Source: Poseidonia sp. (GTDB lineage Archaea > Thermoplasmatota > Poseidoniia > Poseidoniales > Poseidoniaceae). From it: DNA of 64,000 nucleotides. Shown here piece by piece: positions 7,879 through 17,091 of the stretch (position 1 is the first letter of the stretch; each line of letters starts with the position of its first letter). The DNA lies in the NCBI GenBank assembly GCA_049627345.1, contig JBMZXF010000004.1:17957-81956 (forward strand), written 5' to 3'. The position numbers were made by a program, and so were the translations under genes. The notes below the pieces were generated by a model, which saw only the letters and a list, made by a program, of their open reading frames with translations, was not told where the DNA came from and did not search any database.

Positions 7879-10800
7879 TCATTGCATCCCGAACCGGTCG
7901 CCACCTTCACCTCCGCCACCACGGCGAAGCATCAACGAGAGAACCGCCACGGCACCGAGGAAGACCACCAGCCCCAAGGCGCCAAGCACCATCGTACTGA
8001 GGCCACCCTCGGAGACGCCCGGAGCATCGGGTTCGGCGAGCGTAATCACAGCGGACCCCGTGTTCATCTCCCCGTAGACGTCAAACGCCCTCAACGAGAC
8101 TTGGTGCGTGCCAAGGGGTGTTCCACCCCGTACGGACAGAAGGACACTGTAGGTGCCATCGCCCGCCACCTCATCACCACCGTTCACGCCGTCGTCGTGC
8201 ATCATGGCCCATTCGCCACCACCGATGGGCGCAAAGACGCCAAGGCGGATTTGAACGCGTTCGACGCCGTCAGGATCGCTGGCTTGGATCGTGTAGACCG
8301 TTTGCTCGTCAGGGTTTTTGTCGAGGCGGACCGAGTCGCTGACCAGCACGGGCCGGTCGTTGAGGATGTGAATTTCAATGGGCAGTTCCGCCTCCGACGC
8401 GACGTGGTGCGGCCCGTACACGGGGCTTCCAACCTCGTCGACCGGCGTGAAGAACCGCTGCTGGGTGGTGGCCCCCAGACCGTCGGTGGCCACGATCAGC
8501 ATGGACCGATGGCCCGGATTCATTCCGATGGGCATCTCGACCATGGCCGCCCAAACCAAACCGTCTTCTGAGGTCATGTTCACAACCTCGCCCCCGTACT
8601 CCCGAAGATCCAGCTGGACCCGATCAACGCCGTGCCCGTCGTAGGCCTCAACGTTGATGACAGCGGATTGACCACGCTCAAGGGAGGTCGGCACCACCTC
8701 GACGTCAAGGATTCGCGGGGCCTGGTTGCTCACATCGAGCTCTCCCGTGGTGGAACTCGTGGCTCCGAAACTGTCCGTAGCAGACACGCCGACCGAGTGA
8801 GCGCCGACCTGGAGGCCGGGGATGATCACCGACGCCGTGTAGACGTCATCACCGATGGCGGCGTCGCCGTTGAGCCCGCGGTCGTTGAGTTCCACTTCGC
8901 CCACATCAAGTGACGAAAGGTCGGCGGTCACGCCGACGACGTTCCACTCCGGGTCGGTGACGCTCACTTCGAGGTGAGCGACCATCGCGCCCTCACCGAT
9001 GGCAAGCCCGTCTCGCCACTGGAGTTCACCGATGGACGGAGCCGTGTTGTCATCCTCGCTGACGATCTCCGGAGAAAGCACGCGCTCGAGGGTTTGGGTT
9101 TCCTCCAGCACGACCGTTTCGCTGTCCTCGCCAAACGGCACGGCCAACGTTCGCTGGACGGTGGACAGGAGGCCTTTCAACGGCCCGGCGGACACCATGG
9201 CACCCGAAGCCAGACCGGCCTCACCGTCGCCCTCGTAGAAGCCCGTCCACTCGATGACCGTGAGGTTGTGCCCGTCCCTCACATCGATGCGGGTGTCACC
9301 GGCCGACACCGTCAGCGTGATGCCCTCCTGCCCTGCAAGACGAAGGCGGTCGTCCTTCATCAGCGGGATGGGCATGAGGCCTGTTTCTCGACCGACCGTC
9401 AGGTTGCCAAGCCCTTCCTCCGCCACCGGTGCCGTTGCGTTTTGCTGGATGGGGCTCCGTTCCGGAAGGTCCTCGCCTTCTGAGGCGTCCGGGCCGGTTT
9501 CTCGCCAAACGAGACGAACCGTTCGGTTGTCCCAATCGGACTGGACGGCTTGGTAGTCCCATGTTTGATTGTGCGTAGCGCCAACACCAGCGCCGTCAAA
9601 GAAATTCCCGCCGTTGATGCCGGTGATGTTAAACCAGGACTCTTGGAAAATGACGTTCACGAGGAAGCGTTCGCCCGTGGCGTTGGCTTGCATGCCGGTG
9701 TCTTCGATGGTTCGAACCACACCGAAGGTGCCCTGCACGTCGCCCGAAAGGGTGCCGTCAACGTGGAGGTCGTCGATGATGGTCGTACCGTTTTCGAGTT
9801 TGGTGTGCAAGTCGAGAATGGTACCGTTCACCTGCAATGAGGCATTTTCATCCTGGTCCGCAAATCCGAAGGTGCCGGCTCCGTAGAGCTCCTCCAAATG
9901 CTGCGTGCGCACACCGTTTTCCCACCGAGCAAGGGAGGAAAAGCCGTCCAGCGAAACATCCAGCCGAGACCCATCTTCAATCAGGATGAAATCAGCCATC
10001 GCTTCAAACTGGGTGTGCTGAAGCAACCGCTCGCCGTCAAGGTCGACGTACTCAAACAAGAACACAGCGAGTTCGCCATCAATGGAAAGCGAGTTGTTCT
10101 CCTCTCCATCCTCCGAGACGTTGAGCAAGCCCGTGGCCTCGATTGAAAGGTGTTCACCAACCACGCCGTTGATGACCGACCGGTTGAGAAGTGCCTGCGA
10201 CACATCGGCGTCGATCACCGTGACCATGTCGCCGTCAATGACCGTGGTCCGGAGGTTTCCAAATCCACGAGCATCAAAGACTTGGCTGGTGAGCAGTCCT
10301 GCGACGACGGTCTCGTTCTTCCACAGTTGAGTCAGCACCAAGTCCATGTCCGTTGTCCCGTCTTCCGTGGTTTCCACGGTTCGGAAGGTCCCGTTGCCGA
10401 GTTCCCATGATGAGAGGGTGGTGCCGACCCGTTCCTGCCAACCCTGCCCCGTAAAGGAGAGGTCAAACGCCTGCTCCCCGGCTTCGGTGGTGTAGTTCTG
10501 GCTCATCGCCCAGGAGGTCGAAAGGAGGACTTCATGGTCGTCCATCGGTTGATTCCACTGCCCGACGGTGAAGGTGCGCTGCGTGGCGATGTCGAGGCCC
10601 GATGTCCCGTCGTGCTCCGTGATGGTGACGGTCAAATCGATGACATCACCCCACGCCAAGGGCGTGTCAAACGTGAGGAGGGCTGTGCGTACACCGTCCA
10701 TGCTGTCCCATGCGAGGTTGTGTGAGGTCGCCAGCGCCGTGCCGTTCCGTTCCTGGAGCATGTCGATGTCAACGCTGTATGTTCCGTTGTCCGAGAAGGT

Positions 10801-10953
10801 CAGGGTGTAGGCGTGAAGGGTTGCTGTGGGCCCGTCTCCGACCCAGTGCGTGGTGATCTGCACCGATGGAACCTCGTCCGCTTGAACCGAGGCCGGCACC
10901 AGCGACATCGCCAAAACAACCGCAAGGCAGAGGCTCACTCCTCGATTCGTCAT
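7879..10953 (-). CDS. Large secreted cell-surface (glyco)protein with a C-terminal membrane anchor
   Basis: This is a 1024-aa protein. It has an N-terminal signal peptide MTNRGVSLCLAVVLAMSLVPASVQA, many NxT/S sequons and an Asp/Thr-rich beta-type composition. The C-terminus is a hydrophobic helix followed by a basic RRGGGG tail. Confidence 0.75.
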   Translation of the reverse strand: MTNRGVSLCLAVVLAMSLVPASVQADEVPSVQITTHWVGDGPTATLHAYTLTFSDNGTYSVDIDMLQERNGTALATSHNLAWDSMDGVRTALLTFDTPLAWGDVIDLTVTITEHDGTSGLDIATQRTFTVGQWNQPMDDHEVLLSTSWAMSQNYTTEAGEQAFDLSFTGQGWQERVGTTLSSWELGNGTFRTVETTEDGTTDMDLVLTQLWKNETVVAGLLTSQVFDARGFGNLRTTVIDGDMVTVIDADVSQALLNRSVINGVVGEHLSIEATGLLNVSEDGEENNSLSIDGELAVFLFEYVDLDGERLLQHTQFEAMADFILIEDGSRLDVSLDGFSSLARWENGVRTQHLEELYGAGTFGFADQDENASLQVNGTILDLHTKLENGTTIIDDLHVDGTLSGDVQGTFGVVRTIEDTGMQANATGERFLVNVIFQESWFNITGINGGNFFDGAGVGATHNQTWDYQAVQSDWDNRTVRLVWRETGPDASEGEDLPERSPIQQNATAPVAEEGLGNLTVGRETGLMPIPLMKDDRLRLAGQEGITLTVSAGDTRIDVRDGHNLTVIEWTGFYEGDGEAGLASGAMVSAGPLKGLLSTVQRTLAVPFGEDSETVVLEETQTLERVLSPEIVSEDDNTAPSIGELQWRDGLAIGEGAMVAHLEVSVTDPEWNVVGVTADLSSLDVGEVELNDRGLNGDAAIGDDVYTASVIIPGLQVGAHSVGVSATDSFGATSSTTGELDVSNQAPRILDVEVVPTSLERGQSAVINVEAYDGHGVDRVQLDLREYGGEVVNMTSEDGLVWAAMVEMPIGMNPGHRSMLIVATDGLGATTQQRFFTPVDEVGSPVYGPHHVASEAELPIEIHILNDRPVLVSDSVRLDKNPDEQTVYTIQASDPDGVERVQIRLGVFAPIGGGEWAMMHDDGVNGGDEVAGDGTYSVLLSVRGGTPLGTHQVSLRAFDVYGEMNTGSAVITLAEPDAPGVSEGGLSTMVLGALGLVVFLGAVAVLSLMLRRGGGGEGGDRFGMQ

Positions 10954-11003
10954 GATGAGAAGGTGGTGCTGCTCCCCTTCAAGACTTTGGGGATGATGTG
11001 CCC

Positions 11004-11963
11004 CTAGCGGTCAAGAACATAGGCGAACATGAGGGGCAGCACGATGGTTGCATCGCTTTGGACGTTGAACTTCGGCGTCTCCACGGCCAGTTTTCCCCAC
11101 GTGATTTTCTCGTTGGGCGGTGCCCCGGAGTAACCGCCGTAGGAGGCGGTGGCGTCCGTGATTTGACAAAACCAGGACCAAAGTTGCACCTCTTGTTGGC
11201 CCAAATCTTGGTGGAGCAAGGGCACCACGCAGATGGGGAAATCCCCGGCGATGCCCCCACCAGACTGAAGAAACGCCAAGGGTGTGGTGCACGAGCGGTA
11301 GAACGCCATCAAGTCCGTCATGTAGTGGGTCCCACTCAGCACCACATCGGGATGAAGGTGCCCTTCTGAACAACGAGCAGCGAAAATGTTGCCAAGCGTA
11401 GAATCCTCCCACCCTGGGACATAGAGCGGAAGGTTGACCTCAGCGGCGGCCAGCAACCAGGAGTGGTTTGGGTCGGCTTGGTAGGTGCCTTCGAGAACCC
11501 CCGAGCGCAGCAAACGATACAGGTGTTCGTGGGGCAGCAGGCATTCATTGGACTCCTGTGCAGCCCGCCACACACCCATGAGATGATGTTCAATGGCCCG
11601 AATCGCGGCGTCCTCAGGAATGCAGACGTCGGTCACCCGGTTCAACTTGCGTTTCAGCAACGCCGCCTCATCTTCAGGCGAGAGGTCCTCGTGATTGGTC
11701 ACCTTGACGTAGGCATCGTGAGCGACCAAGTTGAACACGTCCTCTTCGAGATTCGCCCCCGTGCAGGAGATGGCTGCGATGTGTCCAGCACGGATCATGT
11801 CGGCCAAGCTACGCCCAATTTCCGCCGTGCTCATGGCACCGGCCAGCGTCAGAAAAATACGTCCGCCCTCATCGAGGAATTCCACGAGCGAAGACGATGC
11901 CCGAGCGACCGTCCCCGCGTTGAAGTGGCGGTAGTGCTCGTCGACAAAGGAGCGAATGGACAT
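11004..11963 (-). CDS. dys: Deoxyhypusine synthase
   Basis: It carries HYRHFNAG, TLAGAMSTAE and ISCTGANLEEDV motifs. Confidence 0.85.
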   Translation of the reverse strand: MSIRSFVDEHYRHFNAGTVARASSSLVEFLDEGGRIFLTLAGAMSTAEIGRSLADMIRAGHIAAISCTGANLEEDVFNLVAHDAYVKVTNHEDLSPEDEAALLKRKLNRVTDVCIPEDAAIRAIEHHLMGVWRAAQESNECLLPHEHLYRLLRSGVLEGTYQADPNHSWLLAAAEVNLPLYVPGWEDSTLGNIFAARCSEGHLHPDVVLSGTHYMTDLMAFYRSCTTPLAFLQSGGGIAGDFPICVVPLLHQDLGQQEVQLWSWFCQITDATASYGGYSGAPPNEKITWGKLAVETPKFNVQSDATIVLPLMFAYVLDR

Positions 11964-11966
11964 CGC

Positions 11967-12353
11967 TCAACCCTCCGTCAGAAACCGATCCACGCGGTCT
12001 TTTCGCGTTCGCAACAGGTTCGGAAACCGCGCCGTGAGTCGCTCATCGAGGTAGGAAGCGATGATTTCGGGGTCGGTGTCGCCACAGGTGAAGCAATCCA
12101 CGGCCAGCAGACCTCGGTCGGCGTAGCAGTGAGCCGTGATATGACTCTCGTCAATGAGCACCACGGCCGCAAACCCGGGTGGCGAAGTGCTTCCATCAAA
12201 CGGAGCAAGGTGGGCGTGGACCTCGGTGGCAGGGCTTCGAGCGACCGCTTCTCGCATCGCGGAAAAGAGCCACTGATAGTCGTCTTCGCCCCCAAAATAG
12301 GCGTTGACATAATCGAGAAACACGTGGGCCCCTTGGGGAGGGTTGACCGTCAT
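11967..12353 (-). CDS. speH: S-adenosylmethionine decarboxylase proenzyme (pyruvoyl-dependent, SpeH type)
   Basis: It has a VLIDESHITAHCY self-cleavage region. Its size of about 128 aa fits, and the start is probably MTVNPP. Confidence 0.8.
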   Translation of the reverse strand: MTVNPPQGAHVFLDYVNAYFGGEDDYQWLFSAMREAVARSPATEVHAHLAPFDGSTSPPGFAAVVLIDESHITAHCYADRGLLAVDCFTCGDTDPEIIASYLDERLTARFPNLLRTRKDRVDRFLTEG

Positions 12354-12388
12354 GGACTCACCTGCGCCCTGCCTCACCATGGCCTATT

Positions 12389-13402
12389 TCAAGGTGCCGA
12401 AGGAACGCTCGGCACAAACCGCTGAAAATACGTTTCATCCTTGGACTGATGAGGAGAAGAACGAGCCACCCACCGTCCTTCGCGGCGTGCGAGCACATGG
12501 CTGGCGATGATCTTGGTGGCGAGGCATGCCGCCGTAAATTGCGTGAGTGGCGTGTGGTGTTGGGCTACGATTTCGTTCACGTCGGCGCTGATCACCATCA
12601 CGTTGGGATTGGCAAACAGCGTCTCGATGGTTTCCACCGCTTGCCAGTAACTCAGCCCTCCCGGCACAGGGGTGCCGGTAGCGGGTACCAAAGCGCCGTC
12701 CAGTCCGTCGATGTCAAGCGTGAAATGAACGGGACCGGACAACGATGAAAGTTGGTCAAGCCACGCTTGCCAGGCTGCTCCACCGGTGTAGGGGTGTTGG
12801 GTGTCTCGAGCAAAGAAGGTCGTGATGCGCTCATCGCTTTGAATCCGCTCCGCTTCCTCCAAACTGTAGGCGCGAATGCCCGCCTGCAACAGCCGCCCTA
12901 CACCCACATCAAGGCTGCGCGAGGCCGCACAAGCATGGGAGAACACTTCGTCGTCAAGGGACATCCGCAGGTCGGCGTGAGCGTCGAGTTGCACCACTGA
13001 CAGATTTGACAGGTCGCCGTTGACGGCCGGATGATGGCGAGCAGCGTGCATGATGGGCGGCAGAATGCCGTGCTCACCTCCCAAAAACAGGGGGAACTGG
13101 TCGCCGTTGTAGAACGAAGCGGCGTGCGCCGCCAGTTCGTCCAACTGTGCTCGCAGTGTCGGGGCAGTTCCCTCCCAAACGGGCTCGGTTGAAATGACGA
13201 GGCCGGCCGGAAGGTCGTCACCCAGTCGGTCGTCGTACAACTCAACCTGAGCGCTGGCCTCAACGCAGGCCTGCGGTCCATCGCAAGCGCCGGTTCCGTA
13301 CGAGGTCGTCAACTCGTAGGCGAGGGGGACCACGGCAACATCGGCTGGACCCTGACCGCGAGGCAGGCCGAGAAACGCCCCCTCCTCAAAGTCCTCGGAC
13401 AT
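12389..13402 (-). CDS. speB: Agmatinase (arginase/ureohydrolase family)
   Basis: It contains GGEHGI, DAHADLR and DIDGLD Mn-binding motifs. Clustering with speH and dys fits a polyamine and hypusine pathway. Confidence 0.8.
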   Translation of the reverse strand: MSEDFEEGAFLGLPRGQGPADVAVVPLAYELTTSYGTGACDGPQACVEASAQVELYDDRLGDDLPAGLVISTEPVWEGTAPTLRAQLDELAAHAASFYNGDQFPLFLGGEHGILPPIMHAARHHPAVNGDLSNLSVVQLDAHADLRMSLDDEVFSHACAASRSLDVGVGRLLQAGIRAYSLEEAERIQSDERITTFFARDTQHPYTGGAAWQAWLDQLSSLSGPVHFTLDIDGLDGALVPATGTPVPGGLSYWQAVETIETLFANPNVMVISADVNEIVAQHHTPLTQFTAACLATKIIASHVLARREGRWVARSSPHQSKDETYFQRFVPSVPSAP

Positions 13403-13580
13403 GGTTTGTTGCCGTCCTCGCCACCTTCATCATCCTGCCGATGAGAGCAAGACCCCGAATTTCGGGTCCAAAGGGCTGATTTCATGAAAAGACATGGAAC
13501 ACTTAATATGGGTCGGTGACCAATAAAATATAGCAACGGGGACCGAAAACACCCGGTTTCCCGAGTTCGGAGGCGAGACG

Positions 13581-14000
13581 ATGGGCATGACACTTGCAGA
13601 ACTGACGAAAGCGATTCAACAGCACATTGACCTTGACATGGACGCCGAGGTCGCCCAAGGCATGGCCGAACACGCGCTCGGCTTCTTTGGCTTTTACAAT
13701 CGCATCATCGACAACGCCCTTGAGCCCACCGACCGCAACCTGTTTTACATGTTCCAAGACTACGACCTGCTCACCACTGAATCCGAAGAAACCACGCTGT
13801 GGGACGGACGGGAATGGCGCATCCACTACTGGAAGTTCAAGCCTGACCTCCGCGAGCGCGTCGAGGCCTACATGCAGCGAAACCTGCAAGAGGAAGAAAT
13901 CGATCCCTTCGCCGACATTTACGCCACCGACGGACCCAGCATCTGGACGCGTGAGGGCGAAAAGGTGGCCAACCCCAACGCCTTCACCTCTGACTGGTGA
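13581..14000 (+). CDS. Hypothetical protein
   Basis: It is 139 aa with no recognisable family. The composition looks coding, and its stop overlaps the downstream carboxypeptidase start region. Confidence 0.5.
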   Translation: MGMTLAELTKAIQQHIDLDMDAEVAQGMAEHALGFFGFYNRIIDNALEPTDRNLFYMFQDYDLLTTESEETTLWDGREWRIHYWKFKPDLRERVEAYMQRNLQEEEIDPFADIYATDGPSIWTREGEKVANPNAFTSDW

Positions 14001-14047
14001 GCGCGCCTCAGGCAAGCGTTTTTCATTTACCGGCGCAAGGCCCAACC

Positions 14048-15430
14048 ATGCGAGTAGCCATCAGCTTGGTTGTTTGCATGATGCTGGCCGTGCTCCCGCC
14101 CGCAGCCGCACAATACGATCCCGCCCAGACACCCGTCTGGCCGGGCGATCCCATTGACAGCCACGTCCACCTCACTTGGGCCACCCTCACCCTTGATGTC
14201 AACGACTGGGCGGATGAGTATCCGGAGATCGTCGACTTGACCAGCGCCGGTGAATCCGAACTCGGCAAAACCCTGTGGGTGGTTCGCCTGTCTGACTGGT
14301 CGATGGACACCAAACCCAACGGCTCAGCCAAGGAGATCATCTACATCGACGGCGGCCATCACGGGAACGAATACCTCGGAACTGCGCTGGCCTACTTGAC
14401 GGCAAAGTGGTACATCAACGCCTGGAGTGAAGGGAGCGAAGAGGCCATCACGGTGCTGCAAAACACCGAACTCCACATCCTCATCATGCTCAATCCTGAC
14501 GGCAACGACATCGATACACGATGGAACATCAACCAGGTTGACTTGAATCGAAATTACGACCACTACTGGAACACCTGCCCGACCACGCAGCCCGGCAGCA
14601 GTGCGTTCAGTGAAGCGGAAACGGCCGCCAACTCGGCCTACATGAACGCCTTTGCCACCGATGCCGACCTGTACGTCACCATGCACACCGGTGTTTGGAT
14701 CATGCTCTACCCGTGGGGCAAATGGCCCGAACAACCCCCCGACTGGGAACTGTTTTGGCGCATCCGTGAGGACGTTCAGGCCAACGTCTCAGAAATCCCC
14801 ATTCAAAATGCCAATCAAGGGCTCTATCCCAACTGCGGCACCAGCCGAGACTACGGGTACGGCGTGATGGGCTTCCCCACGTTCACCTTCGAGACCGACG
14901 ACGAGCAATTTGTCCCGGGCAGTTTTGAGAACCTCAACGAGCGACTCGGTGAAGAAATGGACGTGATGCGCTTCCTCATCGACAACGTCTGGTACTGGCG
15001 TGCACGACTCGATGTGCAATCCATTGTGCTTGACGACGACGAGTTGACCTTGGACGTCATGAACCACGGTCGAGCTTCAACCGCCAACGCCAGCCTGGAA
15101 TACCACAGCCCTGCAGGCGAAGTCTTGTGGGCATCGCCGCTCTTTGGTGTCAACGCCAGCAACGCCACCCAAGTCACCTTCGAGGTGGACGGGGATGTGC
15201 TTGGCGGTGACGGGGTGTGGAACCTGAACTATCAGAAGCGCGTCATCAACGCCGCCATTTGGGTCAATGAAACCGTTGACAGCAACGTTTCGTTAACGGT
15301 GATGGAAGACGAGGAAGGGTTCCTCCTCGGCTACGGGCTGTTCAACCCCGTCTCGGTCTTGCTCGCCCTCGTCGGGGTCAGCACCCTGAAGCGAAGCGAC
15401 CTCAACGGACGAGAAGACGACCTCGTTTGA
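14048..15430 (+). CDS. Secreted zinc carboxypeptidase, peptidase family M14, with a C-terminal TM anchor
   Basis: It has a signal peptide MRVAISLVVCMMLAVLPPAAAQ. M14 motifs present are GGHHGNEYLG, NPDG and NRNY. The tail ends in NxS/T sequons and a hydrophobic segment. Confidence 0.8.
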   Translation: MRVAISLVVCMMLAVLPPAAAQYDPAQTPVWPGDPIDSHVHLTWATLTLDVNDWADEYPEIVDLTSAGESELGKTLWVVRLSDWSMDTKPNGSAKEIIYIDGGHHGNEYLGTALAYLTAKWYINAWSEGSEEAITVLQNTELHILIMLNPDGNDIDTRWNINQVDLNRNYDHYWNTCPTTQPGSSAFSEAETAANSAYMNAFATDADLYVTMHTGVWIMLYPWGKWPEQPPDWELFWRIREDVQANVSEIPIQNANQGLYPNCGTSRDYGYGVMGFPTFTFETDDEQFVPGSFENLNERLGEEMDVMRFLIDNVWYWRARLDVQSIVLDDDELTLDVMNHGRASTANASLEYHSPAGEVLWASPLFGVNASNATQVTFEVDGDVLGGDGVWNLNYQKRVINAAIWVNETVDSNVSLTVMEDEEGFLLGYGLFNPVSVLLALVGVSTLKRSDLNGREDDLV

Positions 15431-15511
15431 GGCGAACAACGCCCCTTGGAGGCTAACCGATGACTGCGAGGGTTGAAGTGCAGGAAATCGTTGGGGCATA
15501 CCGGTGAACCC

Positions 15512-17005
15512 ATGCAAGTGACCATCAGTTCAGGCAACAACATCAACGGAACCCTCGTCCTTCCGCTGTTTGAAGGCGAAGAAGCACTCCCCGAAATCGT
15601 AGAAGGGATTCCTTCCACCCTCAAAGCCCAAATCAACCGCGTGCTGGCTGATGGCGACTTCAAGGCCAAGGCCAACGCCACGATGACCCTTGTGGGAACC
15701 GAAGGCGGCAAGGCCATGCTCGTCGGCCTCGGCAAGACCGACAAGGCCGACGTCCACGCCTACAGGGAAGCCGGTGCAACCGTGGTCGCTTCCTGCAAGA
15801 AAGTTCACGGCAACGAATTGACCGTCGTGTTCCACGATGCCGATCTGTCATCCATGGCCTCCTTTGCTGAAGGCATGATGCTTCGTGATTATTCCTACAA
15901 CATCTACAAGATGAAGGACGACGATGAGGAGGAGACGAACCTCTCCGCTCGTATCAACTGCAACGAAGGCGACGCTACCGCCCTCTCAGCCGCCATCGAC
16001 CGAGCCGCCTCCATCGTGAGTGGCGTCCACCTCTCCCGAGACTTGGGCAACTGCCCCCCCAACGACATGTACCCCATGGCCTTCGCAGAGAAGGCTGAGC
16101 AATGGGCCAAGCAATACGACAACGCCAAGGTCGAAGTCATTGACTACGAAGCCGCCAAGCGACACGGCATGGGTGGCCTCGTGGCCGTTGGCATGGGTTC
16201 CTCACGCAAGCCATGCATGGTCATTTTCACCCTGAACGGCGACCAAAAAGGCCGACACCCCATGCTGGTGGGCAAGGGCATCACCTTCGACACGGGTGGC
16301 ATCTCGCTCAAGCCCGGTGCCAACATGGACGAAATGAAGTACGACATGGGTGGCTCCGCCACCGTTTTCGGGACCATGGAAGCGCTCGCTTCCAGCGGCT
16401 ACCCCGGCAAGGTGGTGGCCATCACGTGCATGGCTGAGAACATGCCCGCCGCCAACGCTCAGCGACCCGGCGACGTCATCACCACCCTCTCTGGCAAGAC
16501 CATCGAGGTGCTCAACACCGACGCCGAAGGCCGCTTGGTGCTCTCCGATGGCCTGTGGAAGGCCGGTACCGATTACGACCCCGAATACATCGTGGACTTT
16601 GCGACTTTGACCGGTGCCTGCGTTGTGGCTCTCGGTCACGAAGCGACCGGCTTGTGGTCCAACGACGACGACTTCCGTACCCGCATTCACGAAGCGGGCA
16701 ACGATGTTGGCGAACTCGCCTGGCCCATGCCACTCCTGCCCGCCTTTGAGAAGGAAATGACCGATTCAAAAATCGCCGACACCCGCAACCTCGGGGCAGG
16801 TCGATGGGGCGGTGCCAACACCGCCGCTGCCTTCCTCAAGCAATTCGTCCCCAACCGAGGCGAAGGCGACGATGCCGAGCAAATCACCTGGGCTCACATG
16901 GACATCGCTGGAACCTACTGGGGTGCGAAGACCAACAAGATGGTCGGTCACGGCGCCACTGGCATCCATGTCCGAACCATGGTCCGCCTGATCACCGGCG
17001 AGTGA
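15512..17005 (+). CDS. pepA: Leucyl aminopeptidase (M17)
   Basis: It carries VGKGITFDTGG and NTDAEGRL motifs. The start is set at MQVTISS. Confidence 0.85.
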   Translation: MQVTISSGNNINGTLVLPLFEGEEALPEIVEGIPSTLKAQINRVLADGDFKAKANATMTLVGTEGGKAMLVGLGKTDKADVHAYREAGATVVASCKKVHGNELTVVFHDADLSSMASFAEGMMLRDYSYNIYKMKDDDEEETNLSARINCNEGDATALSAAIDRAASIVSGVHLSRDLGNCPPNDMYPMAFAEKAEQWAKQYDNAKVEVIDYEAAKRHGMGGLVAVGMGSSRKPCMVIFTLNGDQKGRHPMLVGKGITFDTGGISLKPGANMDEMKYDMGGSATVFGTMEALASSGYPGKVVAITCMAENMPAANAQRPGDVITTLSGKTIEVLNTDAEGRLVLSDGLWKAGTDYDPEYIVDFATLTGACVVALGHEATGLWSNDDDFRTRIHEAGNDVGELAWPMPLLPAFEKEMTDSKIADTRNLGAGRWGGANTAAAFLKQFVPNRGEGDDAEQITWAHMDIAGTYWGAKTNKMVGHGATGIHVRTMVRLITGE

Positions 17006-17091
17006 AGCGGCGTCCTTGGCTGGCAACGATCTCCGTTGGGGCTGCTCCATCGGTTTGGAGCGCATCCCCTGCACGGCCCACAACGAACGAT

